Source: an uncultured Verrucomicrobiae bacterium (GTDB taxonomy: Bacteria; Verrucomicrobiota; Verrucomicrobiia; Chthoniobacterales; JAFAMB01). Taken from it: 64,000 bases of DNA. Below, one piece after another: positions 9,293 to 18,894 of this stretch (the first letter of the stretch is position 1; each line of letters begins with the position of its first letter). Made by a program: the position numbers and the translations under genes. Under the pieces are notes generated by a model that had not been told where the DNA came from, searched no databases, and saw only the letters and a program-made list of their open reading frames with translations. The stretch covers positions 160,001 to 224,000 of the forward strand of contig CAWEXO010000013.1 in NCBI GenBank assembly GCA_963813025.1, read 5' to 3'.

Positions 9293-11008
9293 GTGAAACT
9301 GGATCCCGGGATCAATCTCACACACCTGGGAATCGACGCCGTGGTGTTGGCCATCTACTTCTTTGGCATCGTGGGAATCGGACTCTGGGCCGGACGCCGG
9401 AATCGAAACCTGACCGAATTCGCGTTGGGCGGGCGAGCCATCCCCTGGTGGGCGGTTCTGGCGTCGATTGTTGCTGCGGAAACCAGTGCGGCCACCTTTC
9501 TCGGCACGCCGGCCGAGGGTTTCAAGACCCGCAGCTTCATCTATGGCCAGTTGGCCATTGGCACGGTTTTAGCCCGAATCATCATCGCCTTTACCTTTAT
9601 CGGGCCTTACTACAGGTATGGCGTCCAGAGCATCTACGAGTTTCTCGAGATCCGGTTCGGTCCGCTGACGAGGAATTTTGCCAGCGCGATCTTTCTGTTC
9701 ACTCGCGTGTTGGGAATCGGTGTTCGGCTCTATCTCGGTGGGGTAATCATTAAGGTCGTGTGGCAATATCTTTTTCCGGATTCCCCCATCAGCCTCTGGA
9801 TTTATTTCTGGGGTATTCTCTTTGTTACCCTGTTAACAACTCTTTACACCGCAGTCGGCGGTATTAAAGCAGTGGTCTGGACTGACTTTATCCAAGCGGC
9901 GCTGATGCTCGGCTCTGTCGGCGTGGCTATTTATTTGTTAGTCGGGAAAATCCCCGGAGGACTAACTACGGTGGGCGATAAGTTAGGCGGCTTTCCCGCG
10001 CTGATCCAAGTGGGATTCAGTGATGAATACGGATGGTTAATTGGCCTCAAACAGATGTTGGAAGATCCCTACACACTGTTCGCCGCCTTTCTTGGTTCCA
10101 CTTTTTTCACGATGGCCACTCACGGAACGGACCAGGACATGGTGCAACGCATGTTAACCGCTCCCAACTTCCGGAAGTCGCAATTGTCTCTCGTGCTCAG
10201 CGGTTTGGCCGATCTGCCGATTGCGGCGGGCTTTCTGCTCGTCGGAATTTTGCTGTGGGTTTTTTATCAGGTTCGTCCGGACCCGCATTTGCCCGCCGCG
10301 ACGAACGAGATTTTCGCGTATTACATTGTAACTCAGATGCCGGTTGGTCTGCGCGGCCTGATTGTCGCCGGCATTTTTGCGACCATGATGGGGTCGACAT
10401 CCGCGGCGTTGAATGCGATGGCGACTAGCTTTACCAAGGATTTTTTTCTGCCCTACTTTCCACGCTCGGGTCGCCCGGGAGACGCTATCAGAGCCGCTCG
10501 CGGAGCCACCGTGGTTTTCGGGGCGCTGATGGTGGTGGTTGCGATGCTCGCGGCTCAAGCCGTCTTGCGCGATGCCAAACTGACGATTATTCCGATCGCG
10601 ATTGGCAGCCTCGGCTACACCTATGGCTCATTGTTAGGAGTATTTTTGCTCGGAATGCTGACGCGGCGGCGGGGCCGGGATAGTGGCAATATCATCGGAA
10701 TGCTCTGCGGAATTCTGGCGGTAATTATTTTCGGAAAGGTTAGTTTTCCCGGAGTTAACTTGCTGGAGTTGTTCAGCCATGGACGAGTAATAGCCGAGGA
10801 CTGGTCGTTGCGGGGGGTTCTTCCGCTTTGGTGGCCTGAGCTTGCCTGGTCGTGGTACGTGCTGCTTGGTTCGATGGTCTGTATTGCGGTTAGTTGCCTG
10901 TTTCCCACGCCAAAAGAGAAGGTAAATCAGGCGAAGAACGTGCCGATTGAGGGACAATCGCCGGAAGACCCAGCCTGGAACAATTCAACGGGTGAGCGTC
11001 AAGCATAA
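9293..11008 (+). CDS. Sodium:solute symporter (SSS/SLC5) family transporter
   Basis: SIVAAETSAATF, YTAVGGIKAVVWTD..Q, GTDQDMVQR, GVFLLGM; multi-TM; GTG start. Confidence 0.92.
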   Translation: MKLDPGINLTHLGIDAVVLAIYFFGIVGIGLWAGRRNRNLTEFALGGRAIPWWAVLASIVAAETSAATFLGTPAEGFKTRSFIYGQLAIGTVLARIIIAFTFIGPYYRYGVQSIYEFLEIRFGPLTRNFASAIFLFTRVLGIGVRLYLGGVIIKVVWQYLFPDSPISLWIYFWGILFVTLLTTLYTAVGGIKAVVWTDFIQAALMLGSVGVAIYLLVGKIPGGLTTVGDKLGGFPALIQVGFSDEYGWLIGLKQMLEDPYTLFAAFLGSTFFTMATHGTDQDMVQRMLTAPNFRKSQLSLVLSGLADLPIAAGFLLVGILLWVFYQVRPDPHLPAATNEIFAYYIVTQMPVGLRGLIVAGIFATMMGSTSAALNAMATSFTKDFFLPYFPRSGRPGDAIRAARGATVVFGALMVVVAMLAAQAVLRDAKLTIIPIAIGSLGYTYGSLLGVFLLGMLTRRRGRDSGNIIGMLCGILAVIIFGKVSFPGVNLLELFSHGRVIAEDWSLRGVLPLWWPELAWSWYVLLGSMVCIAVSCLFPTPKEKVNQAKNVPIEGQSPEDPAWNNSTGERQA

Positions 11009-11404
11009 CTTGTGATCAAGTTGAAAAATTATTTAGGGGTCTTTGTGGACTTTTTACTTGCTGCCGTTTCGGGTGGACCGTATTCTGCGTGTCGCTCGAC
11101 GGTAGAAGGGGTGGGGCTGTGAATAACTTGTGAGCAAATATGTGTCATGACCAACTGAATCGTTTGGGTCGTTGCTGTCGGCTAAGAGGGGAACGATTAC
11201 TGGTCGATCGGAAAAGACTTTAGCGAGAGATCGCGTCGCGCTCGCAAATGCTCCTGCGAGGGCCGGATTGCGCGGATGGTGACCGCGTTTGTTTCTCGAA
11301 ATTAGGGTTGGGTTTTTCGTCTCTGGGTGCGCCGCGAAAAAGTCGGCCGGGGACGGTAAGGGACTGTTACGGTTTGGTCTTAACCATGTGTTAATAAGTC
11401 ATTT
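11009..11404. promoter_or_regulatory. dnaA upstream region with DnaA boxes (candidate oriC and/or dnaA autoregulatory site)
   Basis: Consensus box TGTGAATAA at 11118-11126, followed by degenerate TGTG boxes at 11129 and 11141; TGTTAATAA at 11389-11397; AT-rich patch at ~11005-11036. Confidence 0.6.
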
Positions 11405-12772
11405 ATGGAGGAAACCTTGCGTCGAATCTGGGGAGAAATCGCCGTTGGAATCCGTCCCCACGTCAGCACCGACGCGTTCCGGCGGTGGTTTGCTGATATC
11501 GAACTCGTTCAGAGCGATGAGCGTTCTTTGACCCTGCAGGTCCCGAACACGATTTATCAACTCTGGATCGAGAGCAATTATCTTGGCCTGGTCCACGCGG
11601 CAATCGTGGGCTTGTTGGGAACTCCTCGGGAAATCAAATTCCGAGTGGCCGACAATGGCAAAGAGGATCACGACCCCCGGGCGAGTCAGGATCTCCCGGA
11701 GGAGCCTTGCCACCCCCGAGCTGCGGATAAAGAAGCGGACGCCGCAACGAATCACGGCATGAATCCGCGATACACCTTCGAAACCTTTGTCGTCGGTTCA
11801 AATAATCAGTTCGCGCATGCTGCGGCGTTGGCGGTCGCGCAGTCTCCCGCAAAAACCTACAACCCGCTTTTCATCTATGGCGGAGTGGGGCTTGGCAAGA
11901 CGCACTTGATGCAGGCCATTGGACAGCACGTCGTGATTCACAAGAGAAATTACAAGGTGATGTATCTGTCCAGCGAGTGTTTCACCAACGAGTTCATTGA
12001 CGCAATTCAACATAATACGCTGGTCAAATTCCGGAAGCGCTACCGCCAAGCCGATCTCCTGTTGATCGATGATATTCATTTCCTTGCCGGGAAAGAGCGT
12101 TCTCAGGAGGAGTTCTTTCACACGTTCAATACCCTTTTTGATGGACGGAAACAGATCGTGCTCTCCAGCGATCGGCCGGCGAGCGAGATTACCAATCTGG
12201 AGCAGCGACTCGTTTCGCGATTTGAATGGGGCTTAACTGCTGAGCTGCAGCCCCCCGACATCGAAACCCGCTTGGCCATCCTTCGAAAGAAAGCGCAGGC
12301 TCTCCAGATACAGTTGTCCCCTGATGTGCTTGAGTTCCTCGCACAACGAGTAAAGACCAATGTGCGCCGCCTCGAAGGAGCGCTCATGAGGGTTGCTTCT
12401 TTCGCGTCGCTGAGTGGACGGGAAGTGACTCGCGATTCGGTCGAGCAGCTCCTGCGCGATTTGCTTCAGGAGGAAGCCCGACGCATGGTGACGATCGATC
12501 AGATCCAGCGCAAGGTGGCTGAACATTTTGATGTTCGTCTGGCCGATATGACCAGCAAGCGCCGGCCGGCCAACATTGCTTTTCCTCGCCAGATAGCCAT
12601 GTATCTCTCGCGTCGCCACACTAAAGCGTCCCTCACCGAGATTGGGGATGCTTTCGGCGGACGCGATCACGGCACGGTCCTGCACGCGTGTAAGGCGGTT
12701 CATGGTAAAATGGTCAAAGAAGACCAGCTTCGGCAGCTCGTGCTCCTCCTCGAAAGCCGCCTCGAGCGTTAA
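11405..12772 (+). CDS. dnaA: Chromosomal replication initiator protein DnaA
   Basis: YNPLFIYGGVGLGKTHL, LLIDDI, QEEFFHTFN, RFEWGL, PRQIAMYL, FGGRDHGTV. Confidence 0.99.
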   Translation: MEETLRRIWGEIAVGIRPHVSTDAFRRWFADIELVQSDERSLTLQVPNTIYQLWIESNYLGLVHAAIVGLLGTPREIKFRVADNGKEDHDPRASQDLPEEPCHPRAADKEADAATNHGMNPRYTFETFVVGSNNQFAHAAALAVAQSPAKTYNPLFIYGGVGLGKTHLMQAIGQHVVIHKRNYKVMYLSSECFTNEFIDAIQHNTLVKFRKRYRQADLLLIDDIHFLAGKERSQEEFFHTFNTLFDGRKQIVLSSDRPASEITNLEQRLVSRFEWGLTAELQPPDIETRLAILRKKAQALQIQLSPDVLEFLAQRVKTNVRRLEGALMRVASFASLSGREVTRDSVEQLLRDLLQEEARRMVTIDQIQRKVAEHFDVRLADMTSKRRPANIAFPRQIAMYLSRRHTKASLTEIGDAFGGRDHGTVLHACKAVHGKMVKEDQLRQLVLLLESRLER

Positions 12773-12964
12773 GGAGATCCGCGGGAGTCGGGACGAAAAT
12801 GCGGAGAATATCTCGGAACGTTCGCCTCGGCCCAGCACCGGTAAGGTGAGAATTTGTCCGAGCCGGTTTCGGCATGTTGGCGCGATGAAGATGCGTGCGG
12901 CAGGCTCGCATCTCCTCCTCCGTTGACGTTCGATGAAGTTCGCTGTTATATCTGCCCCTTACCG

Positions 12965-14059
12965 ATGAAATTCAGTGTCAGTAAAGACAAGCTGCTTGAA
13001 GGTCTGGCGACCGTGCAGAATGTGGTGAGCACCCGCACTACTCTGCCGATCCTCTCAAATGTGCTTCTGCAGGCGAGCGAGAACGAAATACGACTGACGA
13101 CAACTGACCTGGATGTAGGGGTAAGAGGAAGCGTCGAAGCGCAGGTGGAGCGTACCGGAGGGACGACATTGCCGGCGCGCCGGCTCTTCTCGATCGTGCG
13201 CGAGCTGCCTGCGTCGGAAATCTACGTCGACGTCGATTCGAAAAACATGGCATCGATCCGCAGTGGAGCCAGCTTCTTCAAAATACTTGGTTTGCCGGAA
13301 GAGGAATTCCCTCCTTTGGCGCGCTTCGAGAATCCCAAGGTGTTTACGATCGGCCAAAAAGCCCTCAAGGATGGTTTGAAGAAGACGTCCTATGCCATTT
13401 CGACCGACGAAACTCGTTACGTTCTCAACGGAATCCTGTTCTCCTTCAAAGACAACAAGTTGACCCTGGTCGCAACCGATGGGCGGCGCCTGGCGCTGGT
13501 TGATCTGGAGCTGGAATTTCCGAAAAGCCAGGAGATCGATCTGGTCGTTCCAACCAAGGCGGTGACCGAACTTCAGCGTCTGGTCCGGGAGGAGGGGGAG
13601 GCGAAAGTGAGTGTGGGAGACAACCAGATCGCTTTCGAATTGAATCATACGCTCATCGTTTCGAAACTGATCGAAGGCAACTATCCGAATTATCGTCAGG
13701 TCATCCCAACCGAAGCAAAAGAACGCATCACCTTTGAGCGAGAGACTTTGTTGAATGCGGTGCGACGAGTGTCGTTGCTCGCCAGCGAAAAGTCCAATTC
13801 GGTAAAGCTAACCTTCAGCAAAAGCAACATTGATATTGTTGCGACCACGCCCGATGTCGGCGAGGCAAAAGAATCATTGCCGGTCATGTACAAAGGCCGG
13901 GATTTTTCGATCGCGTTCAACCCCGAATTCCTGATGGCGCCGTTGCGGAATCTTTCGAATGACGAGATTTTTCTCGATTTGATCGACGAAATGAGTCCTG
14001 GGGTCATCAAGATACCAGGACCGTTTCTCTACGTTCTCATGCCACTGCGCCTGAGCTAA
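12965..14059 (+). CDS. dnaN: DNA polymerase III beta sliding clamp
   Basis: MKFSV..., LPILSNVLL, ETRYVLNG, VATDGRRL, SKLIEGNYPNY, YVLMPLR; follows dnaA. Confidence 0.98.
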   Translation: MKFSVSKDKLLEGLATVQNVVSTRTTLPILSNVLLQASENEIRLTTTDLDVGVRGSVEAQVERTGGTTLPARRLFSIVRELPASEIYVDVDSKNMASIRSGASFFKILGLPEEEFPPLARFENPKVFTIGQKALKDGLKKTSYAISTDETRYVLNGILFSFKDNKLTLVATDGRRLALVDLELEFPKSQEIDLVVPTKAVTELQRLVREEGEAKVSVGDNQIAFELNHTLIVSKLIEGNYPNYRQVIPTEAKERITFERETLLNAVRRVSLLASEKSNSVKLTFSKSNIDIVATTPDVGEAKESLPVMYKGRDFSIAFNPEFLMAPLRNLSNDEIFLDLIDEMSPGVIKIPGPFLYVLMPLRLS

Positions 14060-14061
14060 AA

Positions 14062-14727
14062 GAAAGCGGCGGGAGCGGGTTCAGCGGAGGGAGGTAGCTG
14101 CTCTGTTGAGCAGTTCGCATGTGAGGATCGCGGTTCCCCCCAAAGATCCGGACCTCTTTTCGAACACGGGTTGGCCAGCTTACAGCTTCTCAGTTCTCGC
14201 GCTACATCCCTCGGCTGAAGCCGCTCCCTCCGCTCCCTCCGCTCGATTGACTGCCCTTCTGCTCCATTGTTCAGCTGCTCTGAAGAAGCGGGCGGGAGCG
14301 GGTTCAGCGGAGGGAGGTAGCTGCGCTGTTGAGCAGTTCGCATGTGAGGATCGCGGTTCCCCCCAAAGATCCGGACTCCCTTTGAACATCGGCTGGCCAG
14401 CTTACAGCTTCTCAGTTCTCGCGCTACTTCCTCGGCTGAAGCCGCTCCCTCCGCTCCCTCCGCTCGATTGACTGCCCTTCTGCTCCATTGTTCAGCTGCT
14501 CTGAAGAAGCGGGCGGGAGCGGGTTCAGCGGAGGGAGGTAGCTGCGCTGTTGGGCAGTTCGCATGTGAGGATCGCGGTTCCCCAAAAAGATCCGGACCTC
14601 TTTTCGAACACGGGTTGGCGAGCTTACAGCTTCTCAGTTCTCGCGCTACCTTCCTCGGCTGAAGCCGCTCCCTCCGCTCCCTCCGCTCGATTGACTGCCT
14701 TCTGCTCCATTGTTCAGCTGCTCTGAA
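14062..14727. repeat. Three tandem ~222-bp units, each containing a long imperfect hairpin
   Basis: GGGAGCGGGTTCAGCGGAGGGAGGTAGC starts at 14071, 14294 and 14515; unit-1 arms 14066-14098 and 14201-14233 are complementary at 29/33 positions. Confidence 0.93.
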
Positions 14728-14732
14728 TCGCC

Positions 14733-14760
14733 TTTACAAAGCAGGAAAAGTCATTAGCTT
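14733..14760 (+). promoter_or_regulatory. Putative sigma70 promoter of tRNA-Leu
   Basis: TTTACA-N16-TAGCTT, 11 nt upstream of the tRNA. Confidence 0.5.
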
Positions 14761-14771
14761 TCGCCCTCTTC

Positions 14772-14853
14772 GCTCACGTGGCGGAACTGGCAGACGCGTA
14801 CGGCTCAGGACCGTATGGGGTAACCCGTGGAGGTTCGAGTCCTCTCGTGAGCA
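14772..14853 (+). tRNA. tRNA-Leu (anticodon CAG), CCA not encoded
   Basis: Acceptor GCTCACG/CGTGAGC+A, D-loop GGCGGAACTGGCAGACGC, anticodon arm TACGG-CTCAGGA-CCGTA, long variable arm, T-arm GGAGGTTCGAGTCCTCT. Confidence 0.96.
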
Positions 14854-14861
14854 ATTCACGA

Positions 14862-15554
14862 ATGCAGAATCCGTTTTCCGCCGACCAGCCCGGTAGTATT
14901 CGTGACATGTTTGCCCGGATCGCTCCCCGGTATGACCGAGTCAACCTTCTGTTGAGTCTCGGCCAAGACAAGTCCTGGCGCCGTCATGTGGCCCGGATCT
15001 GCGCCGGCTGGAATCCCGGCGTTATCCTGGATGTGGCCACCGGAAGTGGCGTCCTTGCGCTCGAGCTACAGCGAACGATGCCGGCTGCTCGCATTGTTGG
15101 AGCTGACTTCTGCGCTCCTATGTTGGAGCGGGCCCGCTGCCGGGGCCTGCGAAATCTGGTTCTCGCAGACGGCATGGCTTTGCCCTTTCGCGACGAGACT
15201 TTTGATCTTGTTACCATTGCTTTTGGCCTGAGAAACATGGCTTCTTTTGAGCGGGCCCTCCAGGAAATGCACCGTGTCCTGAAGGATACGGGGCATCTGG
15301 TCGTTCTGGATTTCTCGATCCCAAGTGGTCCTCTTTGCTGGTTATATCGGCCGTACCTCCACGTTGTTTTGCCGCGGCTGGCTGGCCTCCTCACCGGCGA
15401 GCCGAAGGCCTACCGTTATCTCGGGCGCAGTATCGAAAGCTTCCCGCGCGGAGCGCGTTTCCTGGATCTGCTCGACCGACTGGGTTTCGCTGAAACCTGC
15501 GCCCAACCCCTGAGCAATGGCGTTGTCTCGGTTTATTTCGGCGCCAAGGGTTAG
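14862..15554 (+). CDS. ubiE: Ubiquinone/menaquinone biosynthesis C-methyltransferase (UbiE/MenG)
   Basis: [41 protein letters not shown]. Start placed at ATG 14862 because the longer ORF runs through the tRNA. Confidence 0.9.
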   Translation: MQNPFSADQPGSIRDMFARIAPRYDRVNLLLSLGQDKSWRRHVARICAGWNPGVILDVATGSGVLALELQRTMPAARIVGADFCAPMLERARCRGLRNLVLADGMALPFRDETFDLVTIAFGLRNMASFERALQEMHRVLKDTGHLVVLDFSIPSGPLCWLYRPYLHVVLPRLAGLLTGEPKAYRYLGRSIESFPRGARFLDLLDRLGFAETCAQPLSNGVVSVYFGAKG

Positions 15555-16900
15555 ATCCTCTCCGGGATGTTGGGCACCCTTCCTCGGCCGGTGGACGGTG
15601 TCCCGATCGCCTCTTTGCATTCCCGCAATCTTTGCCTCAAAAACGACTGCTCCGATTTGACCGCTGTTCGCTGCAGCGCCTCGTGAAAGTAGTAAGAGGC
15701 GTTCGAAAAGTTATGCAGTTGTGCCTCGAATTCGCCAAGAACCGCGTAAACCAGATAGTAGTCTTTGAGCTGTCGCCGGTGTTTGATCGACTGAACCGCG
15801 GCGATACCGGCAGCCGGACCGGAGACATGGGCAACGGCCACGGCACGGTTGAGCGCAATGACGGGAGAATCGTTGACCGCAAGCCATCGATCGTAGTGCG
15901 CCAGGATTCTGGACCAATCTGTCGCTTGATAATCCGCGGCCAGGCAATGGCACGCGGCAATCCCGGCTTGCAGATGATACTCGCTGAGTTCATCTCCGGC
16001 AGCCGCCTGACTCAGGTGGGCGATGCCGCGCTCAATCGTCGTTCGGTTCCACTTCGATCGGTCCTGTTCCGGCAACCGCAAAATGTTTCCTTCTTCGTCT
16101 AATCGTGTTGCGAAGCGCGCCTCGTTCAATAGCATGAGCGCGAGCAGCGCATGCGTTTTCGGTCGATCGCCGGCAGGATGACCGATGAGTAAAGTCGAAA
16201 GACGAATCGCTTCATGGCAGAGCTCCTCCTTGAGCAGGTTCTCGCCGCTGGACGCCTTGTAACCTTCGTTGAACAAAAGATAAAGAACCTGGAGCACGCT
16301 TTCGAGCCGATCCGAGAGTTCCTCACCGGACGGGATCTCAAAGGGAATGCGCAGCTCCCGGATCTTTTGCCGGGCACGGGTTAACCTCTTGGCGATCGCT
16401 GCTTCCGTGGTGAGGAAGGCGGTAGCGATTTCGCCCGCGCTGAATCCGCACAGTGTTTTGAGGGCGAGGGCGATCCGCGCCTCGTTCGAGATGAGCGGAT
16501 GGCAACAAGCAAACATCAATCGCAACAGCCGATCCTTTATTTCGTCGCTGAACATGGGCGAATCGGCTTCATCTGGCCTCCACTGCTCCATCGAAACCGC
16601 GATCTGCGGCTGCTTTTCGGAAAAGAGCTTTTTCCGCCGGAGAACATCGAGAGCGAGATTCTTCGCGGTCTGCGTAATCCAGGCCGCGGGATTTTGCGGG
16701 ATTCCATAGTACGGCCAGGTCTGCAAGGCCCGAGCGAGAGCTTCCTGGACGACGTCTTCAACTAATTGGAGGTTATCGATCCCAAAGATGCCGGTCAGCA
16801 CCGAGACCAGCTTCCCGGACTCGTGACGGAAGAGATGCTCCGCGAGCTGCGGAATTTCTCTGGGCGCAGGCGCGGTTTCCTGTTCTTTGGACTGGCTCAT
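15551..16900 (-). CDS. ECF sigma factor with C-terminal TPR-like extension (ECF42-like)
   Basis: sigma2 (EDVVQEAL..A...WP..G.P.NP.AW), LRLMFACCHP, LYLLFNEGY, QDRSKW, YHLQAGIAACH, DW..I...YD, LNRAVA; preceded by a YCII/DGPF gene. Confidence 0.9.
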   Translation of the reverse strand: MSQSKEQETAPAPREIPQLAEHLFRHESGKLVSVLTGIFGIDNLQLVEDVVQEALARALQTWPYYGIPQNPAAWITQTAKNLALDVLRRKKLFSEKQPQIAVSMEQWRPDEADSPMFSDEIKDRLLRLMFACCHPLISNEARIALALKTLCGFSAGEIATAFLTTEAAIAKRLTRARQKIRELRIPFEIPSGEELSDRLESVLQVLYLLFNEGYKASSGENLLKEELCHEAIRLSTLLIGHPAGDRPKTHALLALMLLNEARFATRLDEEGNILRLPEQDRSKWNRTTIERGIAHLSQAAAGDELSEYHLQAGIAACHCLAADYQATDWSRILAHYDRWLAVNDSPVIALNRAVAVAHVSGPAAGIAAVQSIKHRRQLKDYYLVYAVLGEFEAQLHNFSNASYYFHEALQRTAVKSEQSFLRQRLRECKEAIGTPSTGRGRVPNIPERI

Positions 16901-17307
16901 TCAGCCAGAGCGCGCGAGTATATTTCGCTGGAGATCTCCCCTGCAGTGCAGACGTCGACCACCGGGCGTACTTCAACCGTCAGACCGTATTTCAAAGCGG
17001 GGCATTCGCTGGCTATCTTAATGGCCTCCGCGAAGTCGTGTACCTGAAGCAGGAAATAGCCGCCGATGCTCTCCTTCGACTCAACAAATGGACCATCAAC
17101 GACGGATCCGTTTTTCTCACCGCGAACCACTCTACCTCCTTCTCCAAGTGGATGGCCGCTTTTCAGCTTGCCTTGCTTAGCGAGCCGCTCAAACCAGGTA
17201 AACCACTCGTCCATGACTGTTTGAATCTCTTCGGGCGACAGCCCGTCGTGCCAACCGGGTCCTCGAAATAAGAGCAGGTGTTTGGGATCTTCTGATTGTT
17301 CCTTCAT
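16897..17307 (-). CDS. YCII-related (DGPF) protein
   Basis: VVDGPFVESKESIGGYFLL, CP.....VEVRPV; stop overlaps the sigma start. Confidence 0.9.
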   Translation of the reverse strand: MKEQSEDPKHLLLFRGPGWHDGLSPEEIQTVMDEWFTWFERLAKQGKLKSGHPLGEGGRVVRGEKNGSVVDGPFVESKESIGGYFLLQVHDFAEAIKIASECPALKYGLTVEVRPVVDVCTAGEISSEIYSRALAE

Positions 17308-17387
17308 AGTGTTCTCTTCCCGAGGTTAGCATCCGCCTTGGCAGCTTCAGAAAAACCTCGATGATGGTGAGTTGATTTCAAAAATAC

Positions 17388-17414
17388 GACGGATGAGCGG
17401 TGAATTGCAGGACA
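17388..17414 (-). promoter_or_regulatory. Putative ECF promoter TGTCC-N18-CGTC
   Basis: Upstream of the YCII-sigma operon; the same spacing recurs upstream of the second YCII gene at 53024-53050. Confidence 0.55.
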
Positions 17415-17452
17415 ATTGGCCGAGTTCCGTGGCCAAAAGAGTTCCTGCAGGG

Positions 17453-17477
17453 TCGCATAAGTCCTATAGGTCCTATA
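17453..17477. repeat. 9-mer tandem motif (TCGCATAAGTCCTATAGGTCCTATA)
   Basis: Related motifs at 50941-50975 and ~58795-58821. Confidence 0.5.
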
Positions 17478-17502
17478 CTTCCTGCTTTCGAGACCTCACT
17501 AA

Positions 17503-18879
17503 TTAACGCTTCTGGCTGAGCTCCGCGATAGTCTTCGACAGTTTGCCGACAATCGTTTGCGAGACGGCGAAAATATATGGTTCCTCCGCGATTCGGGCAA
17601 AAGTATCGCCCGCTTCGCTGCGGCCCAGCAGCAGGGTCACGAGCGGCTCCTCACCGGCATTGGATTCCGCCGTGTTTTCCGAAGCATAAGAGCTGAAAGT
17701 GATGTGCCAGGAGGGTCGATCGAGACCGTAGCGAGCTAAATCGGTGGCCGTATCCGACACAAAAGCGTTTACATCCTGTTCGTTCAACGACCGAATCAGG
17801 CTATTGACTCGGTTGGAATCGACCGCCCATCCGAAAGGGTTGATCCGCCAGTGGTTCTCGTGGCGTTGAAGGACAAGCTTTGGTTCCCCGGGTCGCTCGA
17901 TCGTGATGCGATCAATCAGATCCGGGTTGAGCCGAACTATTTTGCGATCGCGCAGATCGTTGGGCTTAATCTCGAGAAGCCGAGTCAGCGCAGATTCTAC
18001 CCTTACCGGCGAAGGACGATCCGATATCTTCACCGGAATTTGATTGGATTGCGCCGACTCGGGCGTGCCAAATTCCAGATCCACTTGGCTGCCGCCGGCC
18101 CGGATGGCAATTCTCCGGTCGGAACTTTCATTCACAGACCCACCCGGGCGGTTTGGTGACTGAAAAGAAAGAATGGACGTCACGACGAGCGTATGGAGGA
18201 TTTGGCCCACCGCCCGGTCGCTTGCCCGAGCCTTGATTGGGCGCCGCACCTCCCAGCTGCCTTGAGATCGCTGAATATCGATAGCGCCGTTGGGAGAAGA
18301 CAGACTCAGATCGTCGACCTCGTCACTCCCAAATGGTATCAATCGGTGGTCGCGGAAATAGTCGACACTATTCGAGATCAACGTCTTCAGTTCGCTGGGA
18401 ATGGCCACCACCACGCTGTCGCCTTCCAAGCGAGCGTAAGACTGGCCTGGCAGCGCTGAGTCGTTCCCGAACTCGATGGTTCGCCTCAGCTTGCCGGCCT
18501 TCAGCTCCAGCGTCAGGCGAGGTTTCAGCAGTCCGAAATCTTTCAGCGCGTTCCGCTTTCGGTTGCCTCGTCCCAGGTCATTCAGTGCCGCTTCGAGATG
18601 CAGTGACTCCACCGCGCGCAAGACTTGCTCGATTCGTCCGTTGTCGGCCCGGTCTCGAACCGGCTTAATCATGAACCAGGAATCGCCTTTGCCCGAAAAC
18701 ACGATGCGAACATCGCCGTTCAGAATCTGGAGCTCATGGATCTTTGCGCGATCGCTCGCCAGTCTCTCAACCTGATGCCATTTGTCCTCTGAATTCGGGA
18801 GTCGCTGGTTTAATACGAACACCAGAGCAGCCAGCCCCAGGAGCGCACCAGCAAGAATGAAAGTTGTACGTAAGCGCAT
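17503..18879 (-). CDS. DUF4340-type exported protein of the Gld-like ABC module
   Basis: N-terminal membrane anchor; repeated modules with FGLLKP / YGLDRP and LRDRK motifs; last gene of the ABC cluster. Confidence 0.75.
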   Translation of the reverse strand: MRLRTTFILAGALLGLAALVFVLNQRLPNSEDKWHQVERLASDRAKIHELQILNGDVRIVFSGKGDSWFMIKPVRDRADNGRIEQVLRAVESLHLEAALNDLGRGNRKRNALKDFGLLKPRLTLELKAGKLRRTIEFGNDSALPGQSYARLEGDSVVVAIPSELKTLISNSVDYFRDHRLIPFGSDEVDDLSLSSPNGAIDIQRSQGSWEVRRPIKARASDRAVGQILHTLVVTSILSFQSPNRPGGSVNESSDRRIAIRAGGSQVDLEFGTPESAQSNQIPVKISDRPSPVRVESALTRLLEIKPNDLRDRKIVRLNPDLIDRITIERPGEPKLVLQRHENHWRINPFGWAVDSNRVNSLIRSLNEQDVNAFVSDTATDLARYGLDRPSWHITFSSYASENTAESNAGEEPLVTLLLGRSEAGDTFARIAEEPYIFAVSQTIVGKLSKTIAELSQKR

Positions 18880-18894
18880 GCTCAGATCGAAACT

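Noticed and set aside
14062..14727. CRISPR array
   Set aside because: The whole ~222-bp unit is repeated, there are no unique spacers, and no cas genes are in the window.
14778..14861. N-terminal extension of the UbiE ORF
   Set aside because: It is simply the translation of the tRNA-Leu gene.
14853..17500. Genomic island integrated at tRNA-Leu
   Set aside because: No integrase, and I saw no duplicated tRNA 3' end in the window.
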